Source: a virus
Taxonomy: Duplodnaviria; Heunggongvirae; Uroviricota; Caudoviricetes
DNA length: 64,000 nt
Direction: 5' to 3' (one strand)
IMG/VR virus record: IMGVR_UViG_2757320620_000001
Coordinates: 31,417-95,416 of that record
The notes under the pieces are model-generated. The model had not been told where the DNA came from and did not search any database. It worked only from the letters and a program-made list of their open reading frames with translations. Shown here one piece after another: positions 33,910 through 43,126 of the stretch (position 1 is its first letter; each line of letters opens with the position of its first letter). Both the position numbers and the translations under genes were made by a program.

Positions 33910-36273
33910 ATGGAAGTTTCGCAGGTAGCGGCGCTCGACACCCACGTAATCATCGGTGGTGGTGCGCCCGAGGCGTTCGGCATGGCCGATACCGCTGAAT
34001 TTTACGACGTCCTCTCCGACAACATCTACCGCGACAAGAAGCGCGCGGCGATGCGCGAGACCATTTGCAACGCCTGGGATGCGCATATCATGGTCGGTAA
34101 GACCGATGTGCCGGTCGAGATCACCGTCACCGACACCGAGATCGTCATTAAGGATTTCGGCCCAGGTATTCCGGATCATCTGATGCGGCCGATCTACTGC
34201 GTCTATGGCGCCTCGACGAAGGTGAAAGACGGCAAGCAGACAGGCGGTTTCGGTCTTGGCTCCAAATCGCCCTTCGCTGTCGGCGACCACTTCAACGTCG
34301 TCAACGAGCACGCCGGCTTCAAGACCGTATATGCCCTGTCGCGCGGTGGCGCCGCAACGCAAGGCAAGCCCGACATGCGCCCGATGGTGCGCGTGCCGTC
34401 CGTCAACACCGGCATTACCGTCACGATCCCGCTGAAGAACGTCAAAGATCGCCCCGAGTTCGAGGCCCATATCCGCGCAGTCGTGCGCCAGGGCGGCATG
34501 CTTGCCAATCTCAACGGTCAGCCGCTTTTCCGCAACGATTACACCGAGGCGCGCAAGACGGAATATTGCCTCATTCCGCAGACCGGTCTCTGGGAAGGCA
34601 AGGTCTATGTGCTTTACGGCACGGTGATCTATCCGCTGACAACCACCGACGAAGACTTGCTGGCGCTCGCCCACAAGGCCGGAAGCTATACCTGCCGCGA
34701 ATCCATTCTGCTGCTCTGCGCACCGCCGAACTCGATCGGTGTCACGCCCAGCCGCGAGTCCCTCTCCTATTCCGACACAACGACCGAGACGCTGACGCGC
34801 CTTTTGCAGAAGGCCTGTCGGCAGATCAACGCGGCGATCCCAGCCGCTATCAAGCGCGTTGCCCACGCCAGGCTCGAGAGATGGGGTGTAAAGGCGTTCG
34901 ATCGCAGCTTTGACGCCGAACGTCGAACCTGCGGCATTCTCTCGACGCCGGCGATGATCGCTGACCACGCGGTCGCCACCAACTCCGCTCACATGTCGGC
35001 CAAGCAGGCTAGACGCACGATGCTCAAGGTCGCCGCACCGATGTTCCGCGACGACCGGCGCTGGTATCGGCGTGCTGTTCACGAGCATTACTCCAACGAC
35101 GAGCTTAATTTCAGGCGCACTTCGATGCCGGCCATTCGCATTGCCTCGCAGATGGGCTTGCTGAAGGATCTGATGCTGTTCGATCTGCATCGCAACCGCC
35201 TGGCCCTGCCTGGCCCGAAGACCCAGCCGATCGCCAAATATCACCGGATCGGCCACGTTCACGCCGTTCTTTGTGTGGCGCGCAATCTGCGCGATCTGCG
35301 CCCGACGCTGAATGCCACCTCCGGAAGGTTCCGCAACGAGGAGCATAGCTACGTTCCCGGCGTCGTGATGCGTCAATGGACGGAAAAGAACCTCAAGGCC
35401 CTGCGCGAACTCTGCTCGCGGTTCAAGATTGAGCTGGTCGAGTTCGATTACGAGGAAGAGAAGGAGCGTCGCGCGAGCCAGGCGAAGCGGGTGAAGACCG
35501 AGGAGAAATACCTGACCCTCGAGGACTACATCAAAAGCGGCTATCGCGCCGACCCCACCTGCAATGAGCCGGCCTTCTACATGATGACCTGGCAGCGCGA
35601 CGAGATCCCGCGCACGCCGTTCGACACTCATCTTGTGAAGGCGATCGTCGAGAAGTTCCCCAACACGGCGCTGATCACGACGAAAGCCCAGGAGGAGAAA
35701 TTCAAGAAGCTCGGTATCCGCAACCTGGCCGAAGTCGCGGCCGCACGCCTGGTCGAGCTGACGAAGCTGCGCGAGGTCGTCTACGGCGAGCTCATCCGGC
35801 ACGACCGCATCGCCGCAGACAAAGACCGCTTCTATCACGGCTCCCTTGCCGACGCCGTGCTGAAGCTCGCCAAACTCGACGTGCGTATCGCCAAGATGCT
35901 CTTCCCGGACAGGTCGACGCCGGGCGAGGCCCACAGGGAGGCCGCACTGCTTTGGGACTTCCTCGTCAACGCCCAGTCGCTCTCCGAGGAGACTACAGCG
36001 ATCGTCAAAGCGGCGAAGAAGGGATTGCGCCGAGCCTGCGCCGAATTGTTCAAGCCGCTCACTGCGGATGAAGTGGACCGGCGCTTTGCATACCTCGAAG
36101 TTCTGCGTGGCGCCAACATCATCGGCTCCATGAACTACAGATCAACCTCGAAGGAGGCTGAGAACTTGATCGAGGTGATCAAGATTCTCCAGCGCCGCAG
36201 CAGTAAATCAAAATTGATTGCACACAACACCCAGGCCGCGAAGGTCACAACCGCCCACAAGGAGGCAGCATGA
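33910..36273 (+). CDS. rIIA: rIIA-like protein with an N-terminal GHKL (HATPase_c) ATPase domain
   Basis: Bergerat-fold motifs: N box ETICNAWDA, G1 box KDFGPGIP, G2 box TGGFGLGSKS. About 787 aa, immediately followed by and coupled (ATGA) to a clear rIIB homolog. Confidence 0.65.
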   Translation: MEVSQVAALDTHVIIGGGAPEAFGMADTAEFYDVLSDNIYRDKKRAAMRETICNAWDAHIMVGKTDVPVEITVTDTEIVIKDFGPGIPDHLMRPIYCVYGASTKVKDGKQTGGFGLGSKSPFAVGDHFNVVNEHAGFKTVYALSRGGAATQGKPDMRPMVRVPSVNTGITVTIPLKNVKDRPEFEAHIRAVVRQGGMLANLNGQPLFRNDYTEARKTEYCLIPQTGLWEGKVYVLYGTVIYPLTTTDEDLLALAHKAGSYTCRESILLLCAPPNSIGVTPSRESLSYSDTTTETLTRLLQKACRQINAAIPAAIKRVAHARLERWGVKAFDRSFDAERRTCGILSTPAMIADHAVATNSAHMSAKQARRTMLKVAAPMFRDDRRWYRRAVHEHYSNDELNFRRTSMPAIRIASQMGLLKDLMLFDLHRNRLALPGPKTQPIAKYHRIGHVHAVLCVARNLRDLRPTLNATSGRFRNEEHSYVPGVVMRQWTEKNLKALRELCSRFKIELVEFDYEEEKERRASQAKRVKTEEKYLTLEDYIKSGYRADPTCNEPAFYMMTWQRDEIPRTPFDTHLVKAIVEKFPNTALITTKAQEEKFKKLGIRNLAEVAAARLVELTKLREVVYGELIRHDRIAADKDRFYHGSLADAVLKLAKLDVRIAKMLFPDRSTPGEAHREAALLWDFLVNAQSLSEETTAIVKAAKKGLRRACAELFKPLTADEVDRRFAYLEVLRGANIIGSMNYRSTSKEAENLIEVIKILQRRSSKSKLIAHNTQAAKVTTAHKEAA
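36201..36223. promoter_or_regulatory. motif copy (CAGTAAATCAAAATTGATTGCAC) inside the 3' end of the rIIA-like CDS, upstream of rIIB
   Basis: Seen directly. Confidence 0.4.
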
Positions 36274-37745
36274 GCAAGGTCCGCATTATCAGCGCGATTG
36301 CGTCGGATTCCGGCGTCACGCTTTATCTCGAAACAGGCAATGAGCTGAACTTGAAGAAGGATTCGGCGCGCACAAAGGAGATCCTCGAGAAGACGATCGA
36401 GGCTTTGAAGCGCGGCGAGCACATGGAGATCGACACCGCCGACTTCTCGATCCACCAGACGATCGAGGAAAAGACCAACGGCGTCGTGAAGTTTGTCCGC
36501 GGGCGGTTCTCGCAACTCAAGGCGCTGTTCGGTGGCGAGGTTGAGCAGCCGAAAATGGTCACGGTCGAACTTGGTTCCGTGAAGCCAGTTCGCGCGATGC
36601 CGCGGCAGCCAGAACCGACACCGGCCGCAAAAGCTCCGGTGGCTGCTCCCGCAGTCTACGAGCCGGAAGAGCTGCACGCCGTCGTCAACAACACCGTCAT
36701 TCCCGATATCGATGCTCTGACGCCCTACATGGACGCGATCCATGCCGGCGAAGACGCCCTTGGTTTCCAGAAATTCATGGAGCGCATCGCGACCGTCGCC
36801 AACAAGCGATCGCATACGGTCAAGGAGCTTTTGAACTTCATGAGCAAGGGCGATCTGCCGATCGCCGAAGACGGTTGCATCATCGGCTACAAGGTGTTGA
36901 CGACGGCGCCTGGCAACAACGGCTTCGTCGATCGCCACTCGCGCAAGGTGCTGCAGAAGCTCGGCTCGTATGTCCAGATGGATGAAAAGCTCATCGACCC
37001 GGATCGTCGCAATGAGTGCTCGACCGGTCTGCACATCGCACGCCGAGGCTATCTGAAGGGCTTCGAAGGCAGCATCATCACCCTGGTCAAGGTCGCGCCC
37101 GAAGATGTCATTGCGGTTCCGCCTGGCGAGCCCGACAAGATGCGCGCGAAGGCATATCACATTGTCGCTGTGCTGCCCGCAGACGTCCATGCAATCCTTC
37201 GCAGCAATATGCCGATGACTGGCAACGAAAAGGCCGCGAAGCTTCTGGCTGACGTCGTGAAGGGCAATCACACGCCTGTCCTCGAGATCGTCAATATCGG
37301 CGCAGCGAAGGGCGGCAACGTCACCATCACGCCGGTCGATGGCGCCAAGAAGATCCGCCGCGCGGTTGTCGGCACGTCCGGCGAAGCCAAAGCGCTTGAT
37401 GATCGCCCCGTGGCGCCTGGAGAAGAGACGGTTCCGGTCTCGCTCAAGGAGCTTCGCGCTAAGGCCGCTGATCTTGATATCAGCAAGGCTGCAGCTGCCG
37501 GCGACATGAGCGCTGCGATCAACGCGACGCCGCAGAAAATGAGCCGCATCAAGAAGACCGAGCCGAAGCCCACGCCGGTCGTTGTTGATCACGCAGCCTC
37601 GGCGGCTCCCGCCGACAAGAAGGCGCAGGCGCTCATCTTGCACGGCGAAGGCAAGTCGAACCGCGCGATCGAGGCCGAGCTGCACATCTGCCGCAAGACC
37701 CTCAAGAAGCTCTTCGACAAGCATGGCCTGAAGCCCAACGGCTGA
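36270..37745 (+). CDS. rIIB: rIIB-like protein
   Basis: The C-terminal half is collinear with T4 rIIB as I recall it: IAEDGCIIGYKVL corresponds to ITEDGYFYAWKVV, ECSTGLHIARRGYLKGFEGS...TLVKVAPEDVIAVP corresponds to TCSRGLHVCSKSYIRHFGSS...VKVKVHPRDVVSIP, and KMRAKAYHIV corresponds to KMRTCQYEVV. It carries an extra C-terminal HTH-like tail. Confidence 0.7.
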   Translation: MSKVRIISAIASDSGVTLYLETGNELNLKKDSARTKEILEKTIEALKRGEHMEIDTADFSIHQTIEEKTNGVVKFVRGRFSQLKALFGGEVEQPKMVTVELGSVKPVRAMPRQPEPTPAAKAPVAAPAVYEPEELHAVVNNTVIPDIDALTPYMDAIHAGEDALGFQKFMERIATVANKRSHTVKELLNFMSKGDLPIAEDGCIIGYKVLTTAPGNNGFVDRHSRKVLQKLGSYVQMDEKLIDPDRRNECSTGLHIARRGYLKGFEGSIITLVKVAPEDVIAVPPGEPDKMRAKAYHIVAVLPADVHAILRSNMPMTGNEKAAKLLADVVKGNHTPVLEIVNIGAAKGGNVTITPVDGAKKIRRAVVGTSGEAKALDDRPVAPGEETVPVSLKELRAKAADLDISKAAAAGDMSAAINATPQKMSRIKKTEPKPTPVVVDHAASAAPADKKAQALILHGEGKSNRAIEAELHICRKTLKKLFDKHGLKPNG

Positions 37746-37801
37746 TCCCAGGCGCAACGAGGGGCGACAATTGTGCCGCTCCTCAAACCCAAGAGGAAAG
37801 C

Positions 37802-37909
37802 ATGAGTAACTATCGCCGCATCGCCAGCCGTCGCCGTCGTTCGGGCACCGTTGGTATTGTCTTTCTGGCCGCTGCCGCAATTCTGCTGCTGCTCCAACAC
37901 GTTCTCTAA
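37802..37909 (+). CDS. unlisted small membrane protein (35 aa; MSNYRRIASRRRRSGTVGIVFLAAAAILLLLQHVL)
   Basis: GAGGAAAGC RBS. Arg-rich N-terminus followed by one TM helix. Below the ORF-track cutoff. Confidence 0.3.
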   Translation: MSNYRRIASRRRRSGTVGIVFLAAAAILLLLQHVL

Positions 37910-37919
37910 GGAGGCTCCA

Positions 37920-38570
37920 TTGATCGAGCTTGACAGCCAAGGTCGCCGCGCCAATCGCGGCCAATACATGCACTCGGCAAACGGCAAGAAGATCTATCTC
38001 TTCGATCCGCGGCCGGAGGAAATCAACATCGAGGTCGTGGCGCATCATCTGGCGACCAACAATCGCTGGAACGGCGCAACGCAGCACAAGCTGTTCCGCA
38101 GCCGCATCTCCTTCTCCGTGGCCGAGCATTCGGTCTATTGCGCCTGGTATGTGCGCGACGTGCTCCAAAAGCCGGAATACGAGCTCGAGGCGCTGCTGCA
38201 TGACGGCCCGGAATATGTCACCGGCGACATGATCCGCCCATTGAAGCACGAGCCGACGGTTCACCGCGTCTATGCGCCGATCGAGCTGAACTGGGAGCAG
38301 GCTTTTGCGAAGCGCTTCAACCTCGCCTTCCCGCTGCCCAAGGAAGTGAAGATGGCTGATGAAGCTGTCTGCGCGGCCGAGAGCCGGCAGATCGTGCCGA
38401 AAGACCCGAACGAGGAGTGGCGTTCCGGCATCATGCACGACGATTCCGCGGTGGCTCCCTACGAGATCGAAATGATGGGTGCGTTTCAGGCCAAGGAATT
38501 CTTTCTGCAGGCCTATGAAGATGCCATCCGGCGCCGCGCGAAATACGCTTCACTTCCAATCGCAGCGTGA
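37920..38570 (+). CDS. HD-domain phosphohydrolase (YfbR-like 5'-deoxynucleotidase)
   Basis: H...AEHS...LLHDGPEYVTGD is the HD-superfamily metal-binding pattern. TTG start 6 nt after a strong AAGGAGG RBS. Confidence 0.6.
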   Translation: MIELDSQGRRANRGQYMHSANGKKIYLFDPRPEEINIEVVAHHLATNNRWNGATQHKLFRSRISFSVAEHSVYCAWYVRDVLQKPEYELEALLHDGPEYVTGDMIRPLKHEPTVHRVYAPIELNWEQAFAKRFNLAFPLPKEVKMADEAVCAAESRQIVPKDPNEEWRSGIMHDDSAVAPYEIEMMGAFQAKEFFLQAYEDAIRRRAKYASLPIAA

Positions 38571-38571
38571 T

Positions 38572-38598
38572 TATAGTCAGTAAACATTGATTTACAGG
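38572..38598. promoter_or_regulatory. motif copy (TATAGTCAGTAAACATTGATTTACAGG) plus an AGGAG RBS
   Basis: Upstream of ORF 38607. Confidence 0.5.
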
Positions 38599-38606
38599 AG
38601 AACGAC

Positions 38607-38951
38607 ATGCAGCAGCCGCACATTGCCGAAGCGCCATCCTATCCGGTGACGATCCACATCGCCGGCGATCCGTTTAAGGCTCGCGTTGCCTGCGCAAGCT
38701 TTTGCGACAAGGTGGGGCTCTGCGTGACCGTTACCGATACCGACTATATTTACAGCTTCGGCTCTGAGGTCGGCGTTCGCGTCGGCCTCATCAATTACCC
38801 GCGCTTCCCGAAAACCGGCCCTGAAATTGAGGAGCTCGCCTACAAACTCGCGGTGCTTCTCCGCGAACAGCTCGACCAGCAGAGCTTCACCATCGAGTCT
38901 CCGGGCACAACGATGTGGTTCTCCTGGCGCGAGCAGGACGTCGCCAAGTGA
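38607..38951 (+). CDS. hypothetical protein (114 aa)
   Basis: Motif at 38572-38598 followed by an AGGAG RBS and ATG. Confidence 0.45.
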   Translation: MQQPHIAEAPSYPVTIHIAGDPFKARVACASFCDKVGLCVTVTDTDYIYSFGSEVGVRVGLINYPRFPKTGPEIEELAYKLAVLLREQLDQQSFTIESPGTTMWFSWREQDVAK

Positions 38952-39196
38952 GCGGCGTCACCCCAGAAGCCGCTGAATGGCCGACGCACGTCGAGGAGCT
39001 GAGCCGCAAGCTCAATGAGCAGCTCAAGCGCCGCGTCGATGCTCACACCCGAGGCGTCATCAACGACAAGGAGCTCTATCTCCTTGTCAGCTTCGCCTGG
39101 GATCTCACGGCCGGCCTCGTCTTCGAAAGCGACAGCCGCACGCTCGAGACCCTGCACACTGCGCTGCGCGCCACGCTGAAGGGGCAGAAGAAGTGA
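38948..39196 (+). CDS. hypothetical protein (about 82 aa, GTGA-coupled)
   Basis: ORF-track frame 38915..39196 trimmed to the coupled GTG start. Confidence 0.3.
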   Translation: MSGVTPEAAEWPTHVEELSRKLNEQLKRRVDAHTRGVINDKELYLLVSFAWDLTAGLVFESDSRTLETLHTALRATLKGQKK

Positions 39197-39768
39197 CCGA
39201 CAAATTTCCCAAAGATTTGTGGATCCTCGAGGCGATCAAGGTTCGCTACATCATCCCGAGGGAAGATGGCACGATCTGGCGCCGGAAGTGGATCGGCGCC
39301 GACCTCAAGAGCATGAGCAAAGAGGTCCACCCGATCAAATACCGGACGCACAAGGCGACCGGCCGGGTCTATTTCAACCTGACCTTCAAGGGCGTCACGA
39401 AGTCCGTCCTCGTCAATCGCGTCATCGCACTGGCGTTCCTGCCCAACCCGCTCAAGCTGCCGCAGGTCAATCACATCGACGGCGACAAGAGCCATAATTA
39501 CCTGCGGCAGCCGACACCGGAGCTGATCGCCAAATGGGGCGAATATCAGCTTGAATGGTCGACCGGCCGCGACAACGAGAAGCACGCCCATGCCAACGGC
39601 CTGAAGACCGGGCGCGGCTCGCAGAATTCGAACGCCAAGCTGACAGCACCCGAGGTCGCCGAGATCCGCGCATCGACGGAGAGTCCCTCGGTGCTGGCGA
39701 AGAAGCACGGCGTCGCCCGATCCACCATTGTTAACGTCCTGGAGAAGAAAACATGGTTACACGTCTGA
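39193..39768 (+). CDS. HNH homing endonuclease (HNH_3/AP2-like with a C-terminal HTH)
   Basis: YFNLTFKGVTKSVLVNRVIALAF...VNHIDGDKSHN is the HNH motif. The C-terminal VLAKKHGVARSTIVNVL is a NUMOD-like HTH. Confidence 0.7.
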   Translation: MTDKFPKDLWILEAIKVRYIIPREDGTIWRRKWIGADLKSMSKEVHPIKYRTHKATGRVYFNLTFKGVTKSVLVNRVIALAFLPNPLKLPQVNHIDGDKSHNYLRQPTPELIAKWGEYQLEWSTGRDNEKHAHANGLKTGRGSQNSNAKLTAPEVAEIRASTESPSVLAKKHGVARSTIVNVLEKKTWLHV

Positions 39769-39878
39769 GAACACCGCGGCACACGAAAGAGTGCCGGCTG
39801 ATCCTGTGGGGCTCGATCTTCGTGGCCTTTGTCATCTATTCCGGCATCATGTTCGGTCTGTCGGTGATGGCGCCATGA
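39753..39878 (+). CDS. unlisted small membrane protein (41 aa)
   Basis: MVTRLRTPRHTKECRLILWGSIFVAFVIYSGIMFGLSVMAP. Its stop overlaps the next ATG at 39875 (ATGA). Confidence 0.3.
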   Translation: MVTRLRTPRHTKECRLILWGSIFVAFVIYSGIMFGLSVMAP

Positions 39879-40177
39879 AGATGGAATTGTCCCGGCATAT
39901 CGATTTCGCTGAGCTCGAGTGGAGAACGGCCTGGCTCGGCGGCTCGCCGACCGACAAACGCATCGAGGCTTCTTTCGAGGAGATTGGCGAGGACGGTGGG
40001 ATACCGTTCTATGTCAACAACGGTGGTTGGAATGGCACGCTCTACCAGGAGCCGATCGAGGGCGCGCTGCACATTATCGATGCGCGCGGTGTTCGGCACG
40101 ACGCGGTCTATATCGTGGAGTTGGTCGAGAATGCACTTGAGCAGGCCGAAACCGATGAAGATAGGATTCCCTACTGA
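39875..40177 (+). CDS. hypothetical protein (100 aa)
   Basis: ORF-track frame 39728..40177 trimmed to the coupled ATG. Confidence 0.4.
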   Translation: MKMELSRHIDFAELEWRTAWLGGSPTDKRIEASFEEIGEDGGIPFYVNNGGWNGTLYQEPIEGALHIIDARGVRHDAVYIVELVENALEQAETDEDRIPY

Positions 40178-40470
40178 TGGCCTGGGGAGCACGCCAAGAG
40201 GAAGACGGCAGCTGGAGACTCTGTGAGCGTCGTGGGCGCACGATCACCCAATTGTCGCGTCAGCTATCGCCCGAGGTCGAAATACGTTTCCCTGGGCGCG
40301 CTATGGCCGAGCAATGCGCCCACGCGATGAACGACCACTGGGCCGAATACGATCGCACCAACCGGCGCCACCCGAACGCCTGGGCAATCGTCGATATCAT
40401 AGTTGCACACAAGGGCATCAGCCCCGCCGATCTGCAACGAGTAAAGGAATGGAAAAATGCAACATCTTGA
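40177..40470 (+). CDS. hypothetical protein (97 aa)
   Basis: TGATG-coupled. Confidence 0.4.
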   Translation: MAWGARQEEDGSWRLCERRGRTITQLSRQLSPEVEIRFPGRAMAEQCAHAMNDHWAEYDRTNRRHPNAWAIVDIIVAHKGISPADLQRVKEWKNATS

Positions 40471-41026
40471 GCCTCTCGAGGCGGGCGTCGATATCGAGAC
40501 AACTGGCCTCGAGCGTGGCGATCACCGCATCATCGAGGTCTATATCGGCCTCTATCGCGGCGACAAGCTGCTGAAGGAGTTCAATCAGCGGATCGATCCG
40601 CAGCGCTCGATCGCCAAGGAGGCGCAGGACGTCCACAAGATCAGTTCCGCCGATCTCGTTGGCATGCCGGTCTGGTCGGCGGTCGCTCCCACTGTCCACG
40701 CCTTTCTGAACAAGGCCGACAGCTGGGTGGCGCACAACGGCAATGACTTCGACTTCCCCTTCATCGCTTACGAGCTGAAGCGAGCCGGCCTGGTCATGCC
40801 GGAGAAGCCGACCGTGGACACGATGCATTTCAGCTGGGCGACGCCGGACGGCAAGAAGCCGAACCTGCGCGAGCTGTGCCTGGCCTGCGACGTGCCCTAT
40901 GACCCGAGCCTGGCGCACGCCGCGGACTACGACGTTCACAGAATGATGGAAAGCCTCTTTGCTGCGCGCCGGTTCGGCTATGTCGAGTGGCCGCAAGTCG
41001 CCGTCCAAATCCCTGCGGCTGCCTGA
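40457..41026 (+). CDS. DnaQ-like (DEDDh) 3'-5' exonuclease, Pol III epsilon-like proofreader
   Basis: Exo I DIETTGL, Exo II HNGNDFDFPFI, Exo III HAADYDVHRM. Confidence 0.75.
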   Translation: MQHLEPLEAGVDIETTGLERGDHRIIEVYIGLYRGDKLLKEFNQRIDPQRSIAKEAQDVHKISSADLVGMPVWSAVAPTVHAFLNKADSWVAHNGNDFDFPFIAYELKRAGLVMPEKPTVDTMHFSWATPDGKKPNLRELCLACDVPYDPSLAHAADYDVHRMMESLFAARRFGYVEWPQVAVQIPAAA

Positions 41027-41115
41027 ATTATCCTACCGAGTTCCAATAAATGACGCGCTATAAAGACAATGCAAGCGAAAACAACGACTTGAACGAACTC
41101 GAAAAGGAGACAGAA

Positions 41116-41910
41116 ATGGCGAAATTGCTCGCATCGACCTCTACCACCGCTCTCGCCGGCTCGACCGTAGCCGATCTCGAAAACCTCCTCGATGATCTGG
41201 AGCTCGATGGCCTTGCCGGCGACGAGATTTCCGACGAAATCGAAGAGGTCGTCGAAACCTCGGCAGCCGACGGCGACAGCGCGACCGTGACGGAAGAGGA
41301 TCTCGAAAACGTCAGCGTCGACGACCTCGAAATGTCCCTCGACCGTGAAGACGGCTACGCCGAACAGACGAGCGACACCGACGTCGCCGAAAAGCCGGCC
41401 GAAGCAGCCGCTGCCGCACGCAGCCAGCCGGCGACGACGCCCCGCGCGCCGCGTGCAGCTTCCACCCCGCGCACGCCGCGCGACATGGCCTCACTCGACG
41501 CGAAGGTCTTCGTGCTCGAAGGCGACGCGGCAAGCATGAGCGACGACGATCTCGCCGTGAACAAGACGGCCGTCATGGGCACGGTGCCGAGCCAGAAGAA
41601 GATCGCCGAGAAGTTCGAAAATCTCTTCGCCGCTCTCAACGCCGGCAAGCAGCCGTCGGTCTACGTCGTTCAGGCGTTCAAGCTCTTGGACGAGAAGAAG
41701 ACGCTCAGCGGCACGGACATCACGACGATGTTCAAGGCGAGCTACAAGCAGGGCACGGCGCAATCGCAGTCGGGCCAGGTCATGACGCTCTTCGAAGCGA
41801 CGAAGATCGCCACGCGCACCAAGAACACCTTGGTGCTTAATGAGAACTCGACCGTCGCCCAGCGGCTGCGCGAGATCCTCAAGGCGGCCAGCGCGCCGGC
41901 GACGGCCTGA
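41116..41910 (+). CDS. acidic low-complexity hypothetical protein
   Basis: Strong GAAAAGGAGACAGAA RBS before ATG 41116. D/E-rich N-terminal half and a PR/T-rich middle. Confidence 0.45.
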   Translation: MAKLLASTSTTALAGSTVADLENLLDDLELDGLAGDEISDEIEEVVETSAADGDSATVTEEDLENVSVDDLEMSLDREDGYAEQTSDTDVAEKPAEAAAAARSQPATTPRAPRAASTPRTPRDMASLDAKVFVLEGDAASMSDDDLAVNKTAVMGTVPSQKKIAEKFENLFAALNAGKQPSVYVVQAFKLLDEKKTLSGTDITTMFKASYKQGTAQSQSGQVMTLFEATKIATRTKNTLVLNENSTVAQRLREILKAASAPATA

Positions 41911-41918
41911 TTGCTCGC

Positions 41919-41952
41919 TGACCGACGGGAATAATTCTGTTCTCGTCGGTCA
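41919..41952 (+). terminator. hairpin (TGACCGACG/CGTCGGTCA, 9 bp) after the acidic protein gene, overlapping a motif copy
   Basis: Stem 41919-41927 / 41944-41952, followed by the A/T-rich ATCATTATT. No classic U-run. Confidence 0.35.
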
Positions 41953-41968
41953 ATCATTATTGACTTAC
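41948..41968. promoter_or_regulatory. motif copy (GGTCAATCATTATTGACTTAC)
   Basis: Upstream of the lipoprotein gene at 42022. Confidence 0.45.
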
Positions 41969-42021
41969 TCCGCGGCGCATCCCATAAGCGCCTTCGAAGT
42001 CTCAGCAGAAGGAAATCCAAC

Positions 42022-42303
42022 ATGAAGAACCTCGTCATCCTGACGGGCGTGGCTTTGCTCGCCGCTTCCTGCTCGAGCGTCTCGGAGCATGCCGCCTCGC
42101 CGGCATACAAGACGCTGAAGCGCAACGAATACCAGATCGCCGGCCATCCCTATAAGTCGGCCAATGACTGCGAGCGCACCGCACCCGTCGGCAAGTTCGA
42201 CCGGCGCTGCGATATCCCGGTTGTCGGCTTCCGCAATTTCAACGACCCGGCGATCGGCGTGCAGGCCGGCACACCGGGCGGCTTCGGCCTCGGCGGAATG
42301 TGA
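42022..42303 (+). CDS. lipoprotein (LAASC lipobox)
   Basis: MKNLVILTGVALLAASCSS, a signal peptidase II type signal. Confidence 0.5.
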   Translation: MKNLVILTGVALLAASCSSVSEHAASPAYKTLKRNEYQIAGHPYKSANDCERTAPVGKFDRRCDIPVVGFRNFNDPAIGVQAGTPGGFGLGGM

Positions 42304-42315
42304 GGAGGCACGATC

Positions 42316-42666
42316 ATGTGGATCCACCTCACCGACGCCGAGACCTCCCTGCTTCAGGAAGCGCTCCGCGGGAACTGCACGGATATTCCCGGTCACGAGA
42401 ATGACCACGATCGTCTGTTCGACAAGGTCGAGGCTGCTGCGGCCCGGCAGCGCGAGCCGGAAGCTATTCTTGTAAGCGGCACCATCGTCTACGGCGACGA
42501 TTGCTCCGGAGTTCAGAGCGTCGCCTTTGAGCGTTACGACGCCCTGACCGACGGCAATATCAACTATGACGCCAACACGATCATGTGCCGCGTAGACGAC
42601 GGCGCATACGTCATGGGTTGGATCTACGTCTCGAACATGGAGATCGAAGATGTGGATCAATCTTGA
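42316..42666 (+). CDS. hypothetical protein, paralog family MWI[HN]L (116 aa)
   Basis: Shares its N-terminus and a GWIYVSN/AWIWVRN box with the next ORF. Confidence 0.45.
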   Translation: MWIHLTDAETSLLQEALRGNCTDIPGHENDHDRLFDKVEAAAARQREPEAILVSGTIVYGDDCSGVQSVAFERYDALTDGNINYDANTIMCRVDDGAYVMGWIYVSNMEIEDVDQS

Positions 42667-43126
42667 CGACAAGCAGATGACCGGCGTGGAGTCGGCCCTT
42701 GCTTCGAGCATCAGCCGTTACCGCGAGGCGCTCGACACGCTGATGAACGGCAACCAGGCGCTGAATGCCAGCGCGATCAGCGATATCACCAAGGCCAAGG
42801 ATGAGCTGCAGGCGATCCTCGATCGCTTCGGCAAGGCCCGCGCTGAATTCGATCCGGCCGATCCCTACCGCGCCTACCTGCAGACCCAGGCCGACGATGA
42901 AATGGAAGTCGACGATGACGCCGTCGTTTCGCCTGGCAGTGATCCTGGCGCCTTTGTCCAGGCTTGGATCTGGGTGCGCAACGACGAGGCCGGCGTTCAG
43001 GACGAGGACGATGAAGATGCCTGTCGCGACTGCGGCGCGCACTACGAGGACGGTGGCGACGGTTACAACGGGCGCTGCCCGGACTGCGCCGACAAAGCAG
43101 AAGAGGAAGGACGCGCCGATGACTGA
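42650..43126 (+). CDS. hypothetical protein, paralog of 42316..42666, with a C-terminal CxxC...CxxC zinc ribbon
   Basis: CRDCGAHYEDGGDGYNGRCPDC. Confidence 0.45.
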   Translation: MWINLDDKQMTGVESALASSISRYREALDTLMNGNQALNASAISDITKAKDELQAILDRFGKARAEFDPADPYRAYLQTQADDEMEVDDDAVVSPGSDPGAFVQAWIWVRNDEAGVQDEDDEDACRDCGAHYEDGGDGYNGRCPDCADKAEEEGRADD

